Shown here: positions 10,500 through 20,196 of the stretch, one piece after another
Layout: every line of letters starts with the position of its first letter
Numbering within the stretch: position 1 is the stretch's first letter
Source of the DNA: an uncultured cyanobacterium
Lineage (GTDB): Bacteria; Cyanobacteriota; Cyanobacteriia; PCC-9006; JAAUQQ01
Direction of reading: 5' to 3'
Assembly: GCA_963718615.1 (NCBI GenBank)
Contig: OY970368.1
Location: 32,001 to 96,000 of the forward strand
DNA length: 64,000 nucleotides
Notes under the pieces: generated by a model
What the model saw: the letters and a program-made list of their open reading frames with translations, nothing else
The model's database searches: none
Told to the model about the DNA's origin: nothing
Translations under genes and position numbers: made by a program

Positions 10500-10928
10500 A
10501 TGGCCTTTGAAGACCTAGAGGCGATCGCCCGAAAAATCCACGCTGCCAATCAAAGCTTTCAACAAACTGCTAAAGATGCCTATCTCTACACCAGACAGCA
10601 CCATGCGGACCCTAAGTACGAAGCCTTTCGCACTAGTGATGAGGGTCGGGTTTGGAAAGCGCAAAAGCTGAAGGAATATGGTCATCGCTGTCCCGAATGC
10701 AATGGTCTAATGAATGATAACAACGCCACGATTGACCACAAATATCCTCGGCGGTACTACCCTTGGTTGGCCTGGGAAGTTGATAATTTCTGGTTGCTTT
10801 GTCGCCGTTGCAATAGAGCCAAAAGCGATAAGGAATGGTCAGTTTATCTGGCAGAGGTGCAAGAACGGCGGGGAGCAGTGGTAGTGCAGCGGATTCTCAG
10901 CTATGCTCCTGCATTGACGGTTTCTTGA
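10500..10928 (+). CDS. HNH endonuclease
   Basis: CPEC...TIDHKYPR...NFWLLCRRCNRAK is a Zn-binding HNH signature. Confidence 0.9.
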   Translation: MAFEDLEAIARKIHAANQSFQQTAKDAYLYTRQHHADPKYEAFRTSDEGRVWKAQKLKEYGHRCPECNGLMNDNNATIDHKYPRRYYPWLAWEVDNFWLLCRRCNRAKSDKEWSVYLAEVQERRGAVVVQRILSYAPALTVS

Positions 10929-11022
10929 CGGTTTCTTGACGGTCTCTTGATGGTCTAAGGGTTTGGCGATCGCCCCACCATGATTGCTCCAAACTGAGCA
11001 TTCCAAACCTAGAATTCCAAAT

Positions 11023-12210
11023 CTAGAATTCCAAATCTAAAGATAATTTTCTCGCAATATATACACCGTAACCGTAATAAGCTTTGTATTTTTCATACAG
11101 CGCTATTTCTCGGCGTTCCGCTTCTACAATCGCGCGGGCTTCCTCACTATGACCGTTTCGACTAAGAAAATCCTCGAAGCTGGACTGCATCGGCCCATAA
11201 TAGTTATCTAACCAGCAATATTCTGGCAGAACAAAATAACCCATAGGCGAATAGCCATTGTCCTCAAGGACCTTAATCTTTGAGGATGCCAGGTCGATTT
11301 CGGGATATTCGCTCTCCCAATGGTTTTGCAGTTCCGCAGGGCGAGCCTTAGTCGTCCAGGTAATCTCTGAGGCAATCAGGAGCCCTCCGGGCTTCAGGTA
11401 GCGTTTCCACTCTGCCACGCCCCTGGCAAAGCCAATGTTATAAATTGCGCCCTCAGACCAAATAACGTCAAACGCCTCAGTTTCAAAGGGGAGGTTGTCC
11501 ATGGAAGCGCAAAGATTGACGCTCTCCCCCCAACCCTAACGGGTATGGTCGGAGATTCCTGTTTCTTCGCCTCTTAACTAGATGCAGCACTGTGACTACA
11601 CCCCCGTCAGACCGACTCCGCAGGCAGTTTGGTTTTCAGTCCACGGTGCGCCCCACCGCAGACTTTGAACAAGTACAAATCGAGTTTGATATGTTCAACC
11701 CTTACGCACAAAGTTTTACCCAAGACACGATTCAGTCTTGGAACCCCATACTCTGTTATCTAGGTTCAGCTCATTGAGCGTGACGCATTACCGTGACTTC
11801 GCTCAGTACGATTGTACCGGAGAAGATTTTTTGTTGTTCGACTGGATATTCGCGATTTGCTCCCTATCGGTCGCGTGACCCTTCACCACCAACCCAGCCC
11901 GCGAGGCTATGGTTGGAGCACTGCGAAGATTTCTGGTAGTAATTTTCTCCGCCACGCCCCCATGCTGCACTCTAGTTTCCAGAACATCAAGAAAGTCTTG
12001 AAGAAAGTCTACAGCCGTAATTTTGGCATTGAGCAAATTCGCTAACACTAAGGTTGAAGCTCCTGTACCGCAACCAATATCGGCAATTTTCAACGGCGCA
12101 TTGCGATCGACATCCGCAAGGGCGATCGCCTTCTCTGTGGCGTCATCGCCTCCTGGACCTTGACGATTAGCATTTTTATGGAGGTCTATAAGCAATTGGA
12201 ATTCATCCAC
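11023..12210 (-). pseudogene. Class I SAM-dependent methyltransferase split by an insertion (5' part 11936-12210, 3' part 11023-11515)
   Basis: The N part has RQGPG and IADIGCGTG; the C part has MDNLPF..FDVIWSEGAIY. Removing 11516-11935 restores in-frame ...EKITTLCASMDNLPF. Confidence 0.88.
11516..11935 (-). mobile_element. Non-autonomous IS200/IS605-type mini-element (420 bp) with tnpB 3' remnant and omegaRNA-like right end
   Basis: No target duplication. Subterminal hairpins at both ends. The right end reads GCGGTGGGGCGCACCGTG...GCCTGCGGAG...CAGGAATCTCC-hairpin-GAGAGCGTCAA. Confidence 0.75.
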
Positions 12211-12300
12211 TTGGGAGTCCTCTTTTAGGGATCGTCATCATGCCCAAAGGAATGGTTCGCTGGCAAGCCATTGAGCACACAAAGCCAATCAATGCTGCGT

Positions 12301-13008
12301 TCACGCTCCAATCGCTAGAACGAGCCGTTTTACGGCGTCTATATCCTTATTTCCTGGCGATCGCCCCTTCCCCGTCCCATCCCAACATTCCACCCCACTC
12401 GACACATCAATCCCATTCGGCGAAAGCAATGACAAGGCTTCCGCAATATTCTCCGGATTCAAGCCCCCGGCCAAAAGCCAAGGGCAAGCGGGCCGAAACT
12501 CTCGCAGCCATTGCCAATCGATCCGATGACCTGTGCCACCAAGGAGCTTGGGATCGTAGGCATCGAGTAGGAGCGTGTCGACGATCGCCCCAAATTCCCG
12601 TGCTTGGTCCAAATCCTGGGGCGATCGCACCCGAATCGCCTTAATCAGCTCCACCGCCGGCAACGCCGCCCGCACAGTCTGGCAAATCTCCAAGGACTCA
12701 TCCCCATGGAGCTGCACGCCGCTCAGCCTGCCTTCTGTAACGGTGGCCTGAATCGTTTCCAGATCCGCCTGGGCAAAGACGCCGATGCGCTGAGGCATGG
12801 GCCGTTCTGGGGATGAATCCTGGTCTGAGTCCTGGTCCAAGACTGCTACGATCTGGGCAATCCGCGACGGTTCGATGTAGCGAGGGGAGGGTTTGACACA
12901 GATAAATCCGAGGGTGGAAATGCCGAGCTGGGCGATCGCCACTGCCTGCTCCGGTAGGGTAATCCCACAGATTTTGATACGGATTTTAGTACAGGAGTCC
13001 GAAGTCAT
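12301..13008 (-). CDS. trpF: Phosphoribosylanthranilate isomerase
   Basis: KICGIT, VQLHGDES, LLLDAY, GGTG, LAGGLNPEN, GIDVSSGVE. Confidence 0.95.
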   Translation of the reverse strand: MTSDSCTKIRIKICGITLPEQAVAIAQLGISTLGFICVKPSPRYIEPSRIAQIVAVLDQDSDQDSSPERPMPQRIGVFAQADLETIQATVTEGRLSGVQLHGDESLEICQTVRAALPAVELIKAIRVRSPQDLDQAREFGAIVDTLLLDAYDPKLLGGTGHRIDWQWLREFRPACPWLLAGGLNPENIAEALSLLSPNGIDVSSGVECWDGTGKGRSPGNKDIDAVKRLVLAIGA

Positions 13009-13082
13009 TCGTTCCAGGGGTTCGTTATGGTGAGGGTAGACCGAATTTTGAATCGCTTTTTATCCTTTCTCCCCATTCTCCT

Positions 13083-14303
13083 ATGCAATCCGGCTTCCGC
13101 ATCGGTTCGGTGTTTGGCATTCCGCTCCAGATCCATCCCTCTTGGATTGTGATTGTGGCGCTATTGACCTTCTCGAACGGCTGGGACTGGCAACTGGCCT
13201 ATCCCAGTTGGGGTGGGCCGCTGGCTTGGGGGATGGGGTTCCTGGCGGCGCTGTTGTTATTTGGCTCGGTGCTGCTCCATGAGCTGGGCCACAGCCTTAC
13301 GGCCCGCGCCCAGGGGATCCAGGTGAATTCGATTACGCTGTTTTTGTTTGGCGGCATTGCTTCGATTAATCGGGAGTCCAAGACGCCGGGGGAAGCCTTT
13401 CAAGTGGCGATCGCCGGTCCTGCGGTCAGCATCGTTCTCTCGCTGCTGCTCTTTGGTCTGGCGACGATTTTACCCGCTCAAAATCCGGCTCAAGTGCTCG
13501 CGGCGGAGTTGGCCCAAATTAATTTGGTCGTAGCGCTGTTTAATTTGATTCCGGGGTTGCCGCTGGATGGCGGGCAGGTGTTTAAGGCAGCGGTGTGGAA
13601 GGTGACGGGCGATCGCTTCAAGGGCGTTCGGTGGGCGGCGAAGTCGGGGCTGATTTTGGGCTGGGGGGCGATCGCCCTCGGTCTCTTTACCTTGCTAGCG
13701 TTCCAAAGCGGCAGTGGCATTTGGCTGATGCTCCTGGGCTGGTTCGGCGTACAAAATGCCCAATCCTACAGCCGTCTGACGACGCTCCAAGAAAGCTTGG
13801 TCACAACCAAGGCCAGTGATGCAATGACGCGTCAGTTCAAGGTGCTCGACGGTCAGCTCAGTGTGGACTCGTTTATCGAACTGTATTTCCAAGCCTCGGC
13901 TCAGGATGGAGCAAAACTGCCGGTGCCCTACTACGCGGCTACGGATGGACGCTACAACGGCTTGCTCAAGGTCAGCGCCTTGCAAGGGGTAGAGCGCAGC
14001 CAGTGGCAAACGCGCCAGCTTCTAGAATTTGCCCAGCCCCTCAGTGAAATTCCGAGTGTGACGGAGGAAGAAACAGCACTGCGGGTCATTCAGAAAATGG
14101 AAGGGGAAAATCTCAGTTTCATCACGGTCCTGACGCCAGCGGGGGCGGTTGCGGGGGTGATTGATCGGGGGGATTTGGTTCAGGCTGTGGGGAAAACCCT
14201 AGGCCTCAAGTTCTCTAGTGAGGATATTCAACGGATTAAGCTGGACGGGAGTTATCCGTCGGGGTTGCAGTTGGGGGCGATCGCCCAGGCCACCGATCCC
14301 TAA
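13083..14303 (+). CDS. Site-2 protease (M50) with CBS domains
   Basis: LLHELGH, IAGPAVS, FNLIPGLPLDGG and a CBS-like C-terminus. Confidence 0.93.
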   Translation: MQSGFRIGSVFGIPLQIHPSWIVIVALLTFSNGWDWQLAYPSWGGPLAWGMGFLAALLLFGSVLLHELGHSLTARAQGIQVNSITLFLFGGIASINRESKTPGEAFQVAIAGPAVSIVLSLLLFGLATILPAQNPAQVLAAELAQINLVVALFNLIPGLPLDGGQVFKAAVWKVTGDRFKGVRWAAKSGLILGWGAIALGLFTLLAFQSGSGIWLMLLGWFGVQNAQSYSRLTTLQESLVTTKASDAMTRQFKVLDGQLSVDSFIELYFQASAQDGAKLPVPYYAATDGRYNGLLKVSALQGVERSQWQTRQLLEFAQPLSEIPSVTEEETALRVIQKMEGENLSFITVLTPAGAVAGVIDRGDLVQAVGKTLGLKFSSEDIQRIKLDGSYPSGLQLGAIAQATDP

Positions 14304-14456
14304 ATTTTCTGGCTTGATACTGTGGGTTAGGGAGTGCGCTAGACATGTGGGTGGACACTGTGCCCGGTTAGCAAGAGCGATGGTTTTAGATGAACAATCC
14401 AAAGGTTTAGACCACCACTGATATATCCTGACCCCTTTAGGACTACCAACCTCAGC

Positions 14457-14864
14457 TCAAGTCAGCCCCTCCCAGTCCTCAAGCTGTAACCCACCGACAC
14501 GGTCAAACTCTCTTGTGTTGTGAGTCACTAAAGTTAGATTGTTCGCTAACGCGATCGCCGCAATCTGCAAATCATAGGAACCAATCGGAGTCCCTGCACC
14601 TGCGAGTTGTGCCCGAATTTGGCCAGCCAAAACAGCTGCCTCATCCTCAAACGGCAGCGAGATAAACCGTGACAAAAAAGTCCGCTGTCGCTCTAGTGTC
14701 CGTTGTGGGTTATTGCTCCGACAAGCACCATAAAACAGCTCAGCTTTGACCACAGAGCAAACCGCGATCTCGTCAGTAGGCGTCGCCAACAAGCGATCGC
14801 GCACCGATTCTGAACGACCATTCAAATACACCACGCAAACATTCGTATCCAGCAAATAGCGCAT
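14457..14864 (-). CDS. vapC: VapC (PIN domain) toxin
   Basis: YLLDTNVC, ELFYGA, DLQIAAIALA, LVTHNTREF. Confidence 0.93.
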   Translation of the reverse strand: MRYLLDTNVCVVYLNGRSESVRDRLLATPTDEIAVCSVVKAELFYGACRSNNPQRTLERQRTFLSRFISLPFEDEAAVLAGQIRAQLAGAGTPIGSYDLQIAAIALANNLTLVTHNTREFDRVGGLQLEDWEGLT

Positions 14865-14866
14865 CC

Positions 14867-15112
14867 CTACTCAAACGCCCCCGCCAAATCCCCATCGAGC
14901 CCATCCAAAATTCCCGCATCGTCAATGCTGATCTCATCATCCGCGCAGATGCCATAGAGATCTTCTAAGGGTAAAACGTCAACCGGACCCGCTGACGCAG
15001 CTTGATAGATCACCATGACCTCGACATCTCGATCAGTGAGCCCAACTGGAATCTCAAGATGCAGAATGCCATCTTGCCCGACCCGTTGGCGTACTTTAAT
15101 GCTTTCCATCAT
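14867..15112 (-). CDS. Putative cognate antitoxin
   Basis: Small ORF (RVGQDGILHLEIP) immediately upstream of vapC, with an acidic tail. Confidence 0.7.
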   Translation of the reverse strand: MMESIKVRQRVGQDGILHLEIPVGLTDRDVEVMVIYQAASAGPVDVLPLEDLYGICADDEISIDDAGILDGLDGDLAGAFE

Positions 15113-15298
15113 AGCTGCTTCCTCCTAATCAATTTCCCCACCAATTCCTTGCAGGCTAGTCCTTTTAATCATCGATTTCATCTTCCGTGACAGGCGGGGT
15201 CGCAGGCGGGGTCGTTGTCGTTGCAGTTATGGGGCGGCCTAGAATCGGATATCCCCTAGCCTAACAGCCGTGGATGATGGCGTAGCCGAGTTTTATCC

Positions 15299-15952
15299 CT
15301 AATCCCTCAATTCCCCAAGCTGACGCCTTACCCAAGTCCGAAATACCTTCACCAACGCTAAGTAATCCATCGTTTTCGCTTGCTGCAAGAAGCCTGCAAT
15401 GTCCGGAATGGGCAAATCCGCAAAAAACTGACTCCTTTGCGCCGTCACGTACTGGCCCTCCTGCAACTGCTTGATCGCTAAAGACAGGCCGTCGTAGATC
15501 CAAACCTCGCTCACCCCCAAATTTGCATAAACTTCAAGGCGATTTTTAGAGCTGCTCGTCAGATCAATTTCAATCACCAGGTCCGGAGCAGGGTCTTCTG
15601 TCAAATCCAAACGGTCCTTGCCCCGCACCGCAGCAATGCGTCGAATATAAAAACACTTATCCGGTTCCGCCCCACTCAGCTCTGGTCGTTTCAAGGTCGT
15701 TGACCCGAGGGGGTAGAGTTCAAGCTCAGTCTCCTCCGCCAGGGTTTCAACAAATCGACCCAAGACTTCTTTGCCCAGTTCATGTTCAGGGGAGGGGGCC
15801 ATAATTTCCAATCGTCCACAGTTGTAGGTCAGGCGAAGACGGCGATCGCTCAGCTCCGACAACAGTGCTTCATAGGTTCGCCAGCTAATCCCAGAGAGAG
15901 AAATTGACTCGGTGGCAGAGGGGAGCAGGGTTGCAGTCATGGCCCAAGGCAA
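15299..15952 (-). CDS. Uma2-family endonuclease
   Basis: ISWRTYE, LEIMAPSPEHE, EPDKCFY, PDLVIEID, LGVSEVWIYD. Confidence 0.92.
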   Translation of the reverse strand: MPWAMTATLLPSATESISLSGISWRTYEALLSELSDRRLRLTYNCGRLEIMAPSPEHELGKEVLGRFVETLAEETELELYPLGSTTLKRPELSGAEPDKCFYIRRIAAVRGKDRLDLTEDPAPDLVIEIDLTSSSKNRLEVYANLGVSEVWIYDGLSLAIKQLQEGQYVTAQRSQFFADLPIPDIAGFLQQAKTMDYLALVKVFRTWVRRQLGELRD

Positions 15953-15991
15953 TGGAATGGATCAACCGCCTTTAACTTAGCATTTCGTTCC

Positions 15992-16792
15992 TTAGCGTTT
16001 CGAGGCTGAGCAGTTCGAGCGATCGAGAATGGCCTGCACCTCCGCCCAATCCCCTGGGGTTAACTCCCGCCGTTCAAACGCCACATCCCAACAATCCGCC
16101 GCTGCTGTCACCAGAGCCTCAATAATTTGCTGCCGACCGGCTTCTCCCTGGAAAGACTTGGGTAATTCAGGGACCTCAGGCAATTCAGGGAATTCAGGCA
16201 AAGACCTGCTGCCACCAAAGACGCTTTGCAGCAGCGCTGGGTCTGGGTTGAGCCGCATCGAACCATGCTGAAGCACCGCCCCCGCTCGCCAAAGCTGCGC
16301 GCTGCCAATGAACTTAGCTCCATTCTCCAAGACCAAATCCGCCCCCGTCGCCGTGCCAAAGCAGTTGGGATTGTGGATGTAGCCCCGACCGGCGCTGCCA
16401 TAGCTAAGCGAAACGCCCAGCCGCTGCCAGCCCTTTATCAAAAATTCACAAATCTGGGCGTAAACCGCCGTTCGTTTGCCCTGGAAGCGATCGCTCACCA
16501 CTCCATAGGTCAAATCTCCCTGGTGCAATACTGCCCGTCCGCCACTAGGCCGCCGCACCAGATCGATCGGTCGGTCCTGCCACACTAATCCAGACCAATG
16601 GTCCGGCCAACGTCGCTGGTGGTATCCCAAGGAAATCGCCGCCGGTTGCCAGCCATAAAACCGTAGCGTTGGTGGCATTCGTCCCGCCAAATGTTGCTCC
16701 AAAAGCCAAGCATCCAGCGCCATTTGTACTGCACCGGATGCTTCGAAGTAGGGGATGAATTGGTAGCGATCGCCCATCAGGAATGCGTTCAA
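15992..16792 (-). CDS. Lipoate-protein ligase family protein
   Basis: QMALD, LRFYGW, VRRPSGGRAVLH, KFIGSAQ, LQHGS. Confidence 0.9.
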   Translation of the reverse strand: MNAFLMGDRYQFIPYFEASGAVQMALDAWLLEQHLAGRMPPTLRFYGWQPAAISLGYHQRRWPDHWSGLVWQDRPIDLVRRPSGGRAVLHQGDLTYGVVSDRFQGKRTAVYAQICEFLIKGWQRLGVSLSYGSAGRGYIHNPNCFGTATGADLVLENGAKFIGSAQLWRAGAVLQHGSMRLNPDPALLQSVFGGSRSLPEFPELPEVPELPKSFQGEAGRQQIIEALVTAAADCWDVAFERRELTPGDWAEVQAILDRSNCSASKR

Positions 16793-16829
16793 CCCATTGA
16801 CGGCCTAGACCTTCCTAGACGCCTAACGC

Positions 16830-17309
16830 CTAGCCTCCTAACTCCGCCTTCAGCGAAGCCTGATACTCATCCGCCAGCGAGGCCACGATCGTAATCGCCC
16901 GAGAGGTTTCCCCCGCAGACAGCTCTGCCAGGGTTCGGCTACTGACCACCACAATTTTGTCGTTGAGTAATGCAAACCGGGCTTCTAAGGTCGTCGTCCA
17001 GTTGAGTTCCAGCAATCTTTGCAGGAGCGACGCAGGCACCGGGCTCGGCATTTCCAGTAGACCCGCCCACACCGTCAGCGTATCGTCATCCGTGAGGCCC
17101 GTGAGCTGTACAAAAACCTCAACCTGACCGTAGCAAAACTTCCACAGATAACCTTCCTGCGCATGGCTCACCATGGCAGAGCCCTCTTTTTCAAGGCTGG
17201 AAATCACTGTTTCAATCATCTCGATGTAGCCAGGAGCGGCATCAGCCTGCTCTGAGGACATCTCTTCCGCACTTTCTAGCTCAGGGGTATGGAGGGGCAT
17301 AGCAATCAT
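16830..17309 (-). CDS. YbjN-domain (type III chaperone-like) protein
   Basis: WKFCYGQVEVFVQLTG, LLELNW, EARFAL, conserved in cyanobacteria. Confidence 0.8.
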   Translation of the reverse strand: MIAMPLHTPELESAEEMSSEQADAAPGYIEMIETVISSLEKEGSAMVSHAQEGYLWKFCYGQVEVFVQLTGLTDDDTLTVWAGLLEMPSPVPASLLQRLLELNWTTTLEARFALLNDKIVVVSSRTLAELSAGETSRAITIVASLADEYQASLKAELGG

Positions 17310-17344
17310 CTCTCAGCAAAGGCTCAGCGAACTCTCAGCCAGCT

Positions 17345-17680
17345 TTAGGCAGACGCAGGCAACATAGAGGCTTCAAAAGCAGCACGGCTCTCAAAAACAT
17401 CGAAGGCCTGATCCATCCCGCTTAGCTCAAATACCATTTTAATCTGGGCATTGGGGCCACAGACACAAAACTGACGTCCCGCCGCCCGGACGCGCTTCAA
17501 AATAGAAACTAAAACCCCTAGCCCCGAGCTGTCCACAAAAGTGGTGTCACTCAGATCGATTAATACAACGGGAGAGGCCCCACCCAACAGGTGGTCAACC
17601 TCTGCCCGCAGTTCATCAACCCGCGTGCCATCCAGAATACCAGCGGGGCAAATTACGTCAAATAGAGCGCTCACAGACAT
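17345..17680 (-). CDS. STAS-domain anti-sigma factor antagonist
   Basis: LIDLSDTTFVDSSGLGVLV. Confidence 0.9.
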   Translation of the reverse strand: MSVSALFDVICPAGILDGTRVDELRAEVDHLLGGASPVVLIDLSDTTFVDSSGLGVLVSILKRVRAAGRQFCVCGPNAQIKMVFELSGMDQAFDVFESRAAFEASMLPASA

Positions 17681-17827
17681 CTATCTTTAAACCCTAAAGC
17701 ATCAAATTTAAAGCCGTCATCCCAGCGAATCTTGATTGAAGGTCGCTTAATTAAGATACTACCCAGAAAAAATTCGTATCTCTCGTGCTTCAACGTATTT
17801 TCAATTACGGCGGAGTCAGGGTTGGGG

Positions 17828-18322
17828 TCAGGCCAGGAGTTCAAAAAAACCATCATCCAGCTCATAACCGAGGAGTTGGGTCATGCTCTTGATCCGGACT
17901 TTCCCTTCAATACCTTGATTTTGCAGCCACCCATGCAGCAGAAACACCCGTTGCATTACCCAAATTTCTAGCGCTTCAGGATTGTATTGGATTCCCTCCG
18001 TGGGATGAAATTGATGCGGAACCAGCATGGCCACGTAGCGACCTAACTCTCCGCCCTTCCAGTCCAAAAAAAACGGTAGCCAAGGATACCGAGCATCAAG
18101 ACGAATAAACCATAGCCTGATCTCTGGGATTTCAGACCATTCACGTGGATCACCAGGCTCCTGGGGATAGTCAATGGCAAAGGTCAAGCAGTTTTCCGTC
18201 AGGGATCCATTGTGAACTCCCTGAAAAACCTGAAGGATCGATTCGGCGATCGCCAAGTCAAGGCGCTCAAGGGTAGGGGCGTCAAGGGCGATCGAGGTCA
18301 GCATAGCGATATCAAACACCAA
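17828..18322 (-). CDS. CRR6-family NDH-1 assembly factor (DUF1817)
   Basis: DPREWSEIPEIRLWFIRLDARYPW, AMLVPHQF, YNPEALE. Confidence 0.88.
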   Translation of the reverse strand: MVFDIAMLTSIALDAPTLERLDLAIAESILQVFQGVHNGSLTENCLTFAIDYPQEPGDPREWSEIPEIRLWFIRLDARYPWLPFFLDWKGGELGRYVAMLVPHQFHPTEGIQYNPEALEIWVMQRVFLLHGWLQNQGIEGKVRIKSMTQLLGYELDDGFFELLA

Positions 18323-18527
18323 GGAGAGCCTATTCAGGGTAGCCTAACTCGGCTTAACACAATACACGACTCACAGGTCACAGCCAGCCAGCCACGGTCA
18401 GCAAATCAAAAATCGCGAACAGCAAATTGTAGACCCTGGTGAAAATAGATCTGCTACTTAAGATACGATTCAATGCAATCCGACAAGATTGAATAAATAG
18501 GGGTTAAACCATCGTCAAATTTAAACT

Positions 18528-18881
18528 TTATTTAAGCTGAGTAACGGAGGGATAAGATACTTTTCGGGGGGAGTGAGTTGAACGATCGCTTCTAATTCTT
18601 TCCGACAAAGAATCTGAAAACGAGTCTGACAACGACTCCGGCAAGGCCTCAGACATTTCTTCCAAGGAAAAGGGTCCCACCAAGAGGGGAGAATCCAGCT
18701 CTTCTGAAATCGGAACAGCAAAGGGAGGCTTAGCAAGCGAACAAGCTTGCCAAACGCTTTGAACCGGTACACCAAGCTGATCACAGCTCCCGCCCCGGCG
18801 GCCTTCTGGCTCGTAAAAGCGGCAATATTGACATCTGGAAACGAGGTTATTTTGCGCTTGCATTGGCTTTGGCGCTGGCAT
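18528..18881 (-). CDS. Conserved cyanobacterial Cys-rich hypothetical protein
   Basis: CQYCRFYEPEGRRGGSCDQLGVPVQSVWQACSLAKPPF. Confidence 0.75.
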   Translation of the reverse strand: MPAPKPMQAQNNLVSRCQYCRFYEPEGRRGGSCDQLGVPVQSVWQACSLAKPPFAVPISEELDSPLLVGPFSLEEMSEALPESLSDSFSDSLSERIRSDRSTHSPRKVSYPSVTQLK

Positions 18882-19373
18882 GAGGATTAATAGTTAAGGC
18901 CCTTCGGCGCTCCGTCTTCTATGATGAATCAACCTGAGTAGGAAGACTCCATCACTTAAGAGTTTCTAAAGGCCTGACGATACTCCTATTCTAGACAGTT
19001 TTTTGAGTGAATTTTGACTTTAGATTTTCTTTCGTTTTTCGTTATATTTGGCAATACGAAGTATCTTTAAGAGAATGCAACAGTCTAGTGAAATAGGGAC
19101 TCATTTCTACGGGTTTTTAACCAGGATCAAGGGGGCTCAAAGTGAGCGATCGCCTCAAAAACGAATCTTTCAACAGGATTTCAGATCCAATTTCCGTAAT
19201 TTTAATGAGGCAAGACTCCCCTAAATCAGACAAAAGACGGAACCCTTCAGCGTCAAGAAACTTCAAGATTTTTCAAGCCTTCACTACTGCCGGGATTAAA
19301 AGCAGGTGCTGAAATGAGTGACTTCTGCCGATAGAGCCCAAGTACTATTTCAAGCATCATTTCAAGCATCATT

Positions 19374-19973
19374 TCAAGCACCATTGGGCTGATTGGCCCG
19401 CATGTCCGCTTGCCACTTCTGGGTAGCACAAAAAGCACATTGGGACCAACGCTTTAACTCGCCGCCAGGGGTCGGACATTGGCAGCGAGGACAGAGGGGA
19501 AGGGCTTGATTTTGCCGGGTCTGACGCTCTGCCCAGCGCTGAAACCCGTGAGTTGGCCGTAGATCCGTAAGGAGGAGGGGGGAATCCTCGGGGGCGGGCG
19601 GGAGGCGGCTGGGATGCTGTTGCCACCGCAGTTGCTCCTCCTGAGATTGCAGACGACGGGCAGGATCCGTGGGGGAATTGTGCCACTGGGCGGTGGAGAA
19701 GCGAATGTCCTTGAGATTGAGCGATCGCAATTGTACGTTTTGGTTGAGCTTGGTCAACAGCCGCTGGCGCTCAAAGCTGAGATTTTGCGCCCAGACCGCA
19801 GCTGAGGTTGCCACTTGCAGGACTTGACGCTGAATCCCCAATGGACGAGAATGCGCCGCAACGGTTTCACCCACGAGGATAGGCCAAGCCTGGAGTAAAT
19901 ACTGAAAACTGCGCTGCTGGTCCCAAACCGGAGCCGCGCCAAACTGATTCAAAATGTGGTCTAACTGCTGCAT
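19374..19973 (-). CDS. DUF721/DciA-family protein with Zn-ribbon
   Basis: WPILVG..VAAHSRP, VATSAAVWAQNL, CPRCQC...CAFC. Confidence 0.85.
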   Translation of the reverse strand: MQQLDHILNQFGAAPVWDQQRSFQYLLQAWPILVGETVAAHSRPLGIQRQVLQVATSAAVWAQNLSFERQRLLTKLNQNVQLRSLNLKDIRFSTAQWHNSPTDPARRLQSQEEQLRWQQHPSRLPPAPEDSPLLLTDLRPTHGFQRWAERQTRQNQALPLCPRCQCPTPGGELKRWSQCAFCATQKWQADMRANQPNGA

Positions 19974-20196
19974 ATTGCTCTCTTCGCCTGACCCTGGGAC
20001 CCAGGGCGATCGCCTAGTCTCCTCTCCTGCCCCCCTTTCTATTGTGACGGAGAGAACCGTAGATCAGGAAAATCAGGAGGGAGATGACAAATTCCCAAGG
20101 TCTGATATACTCTGGCAACCTAAATTCCCGCAATTCCGGGACAAGCCATTCCGGAGCACAATGTTCCAGCCCTGATTTCTGTCGACCGTTCTTTTA

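Noticed and set aside
11508-11932. AATCTT(C/T)GC near both ends of the insert as a target-site duplication, or the insert as a group I intron
   Set aside because: The boundary giving KITTLCASMD with a TCAA end and terminal hairpins fits IS200/IS605 better, and no group I core was recognised.
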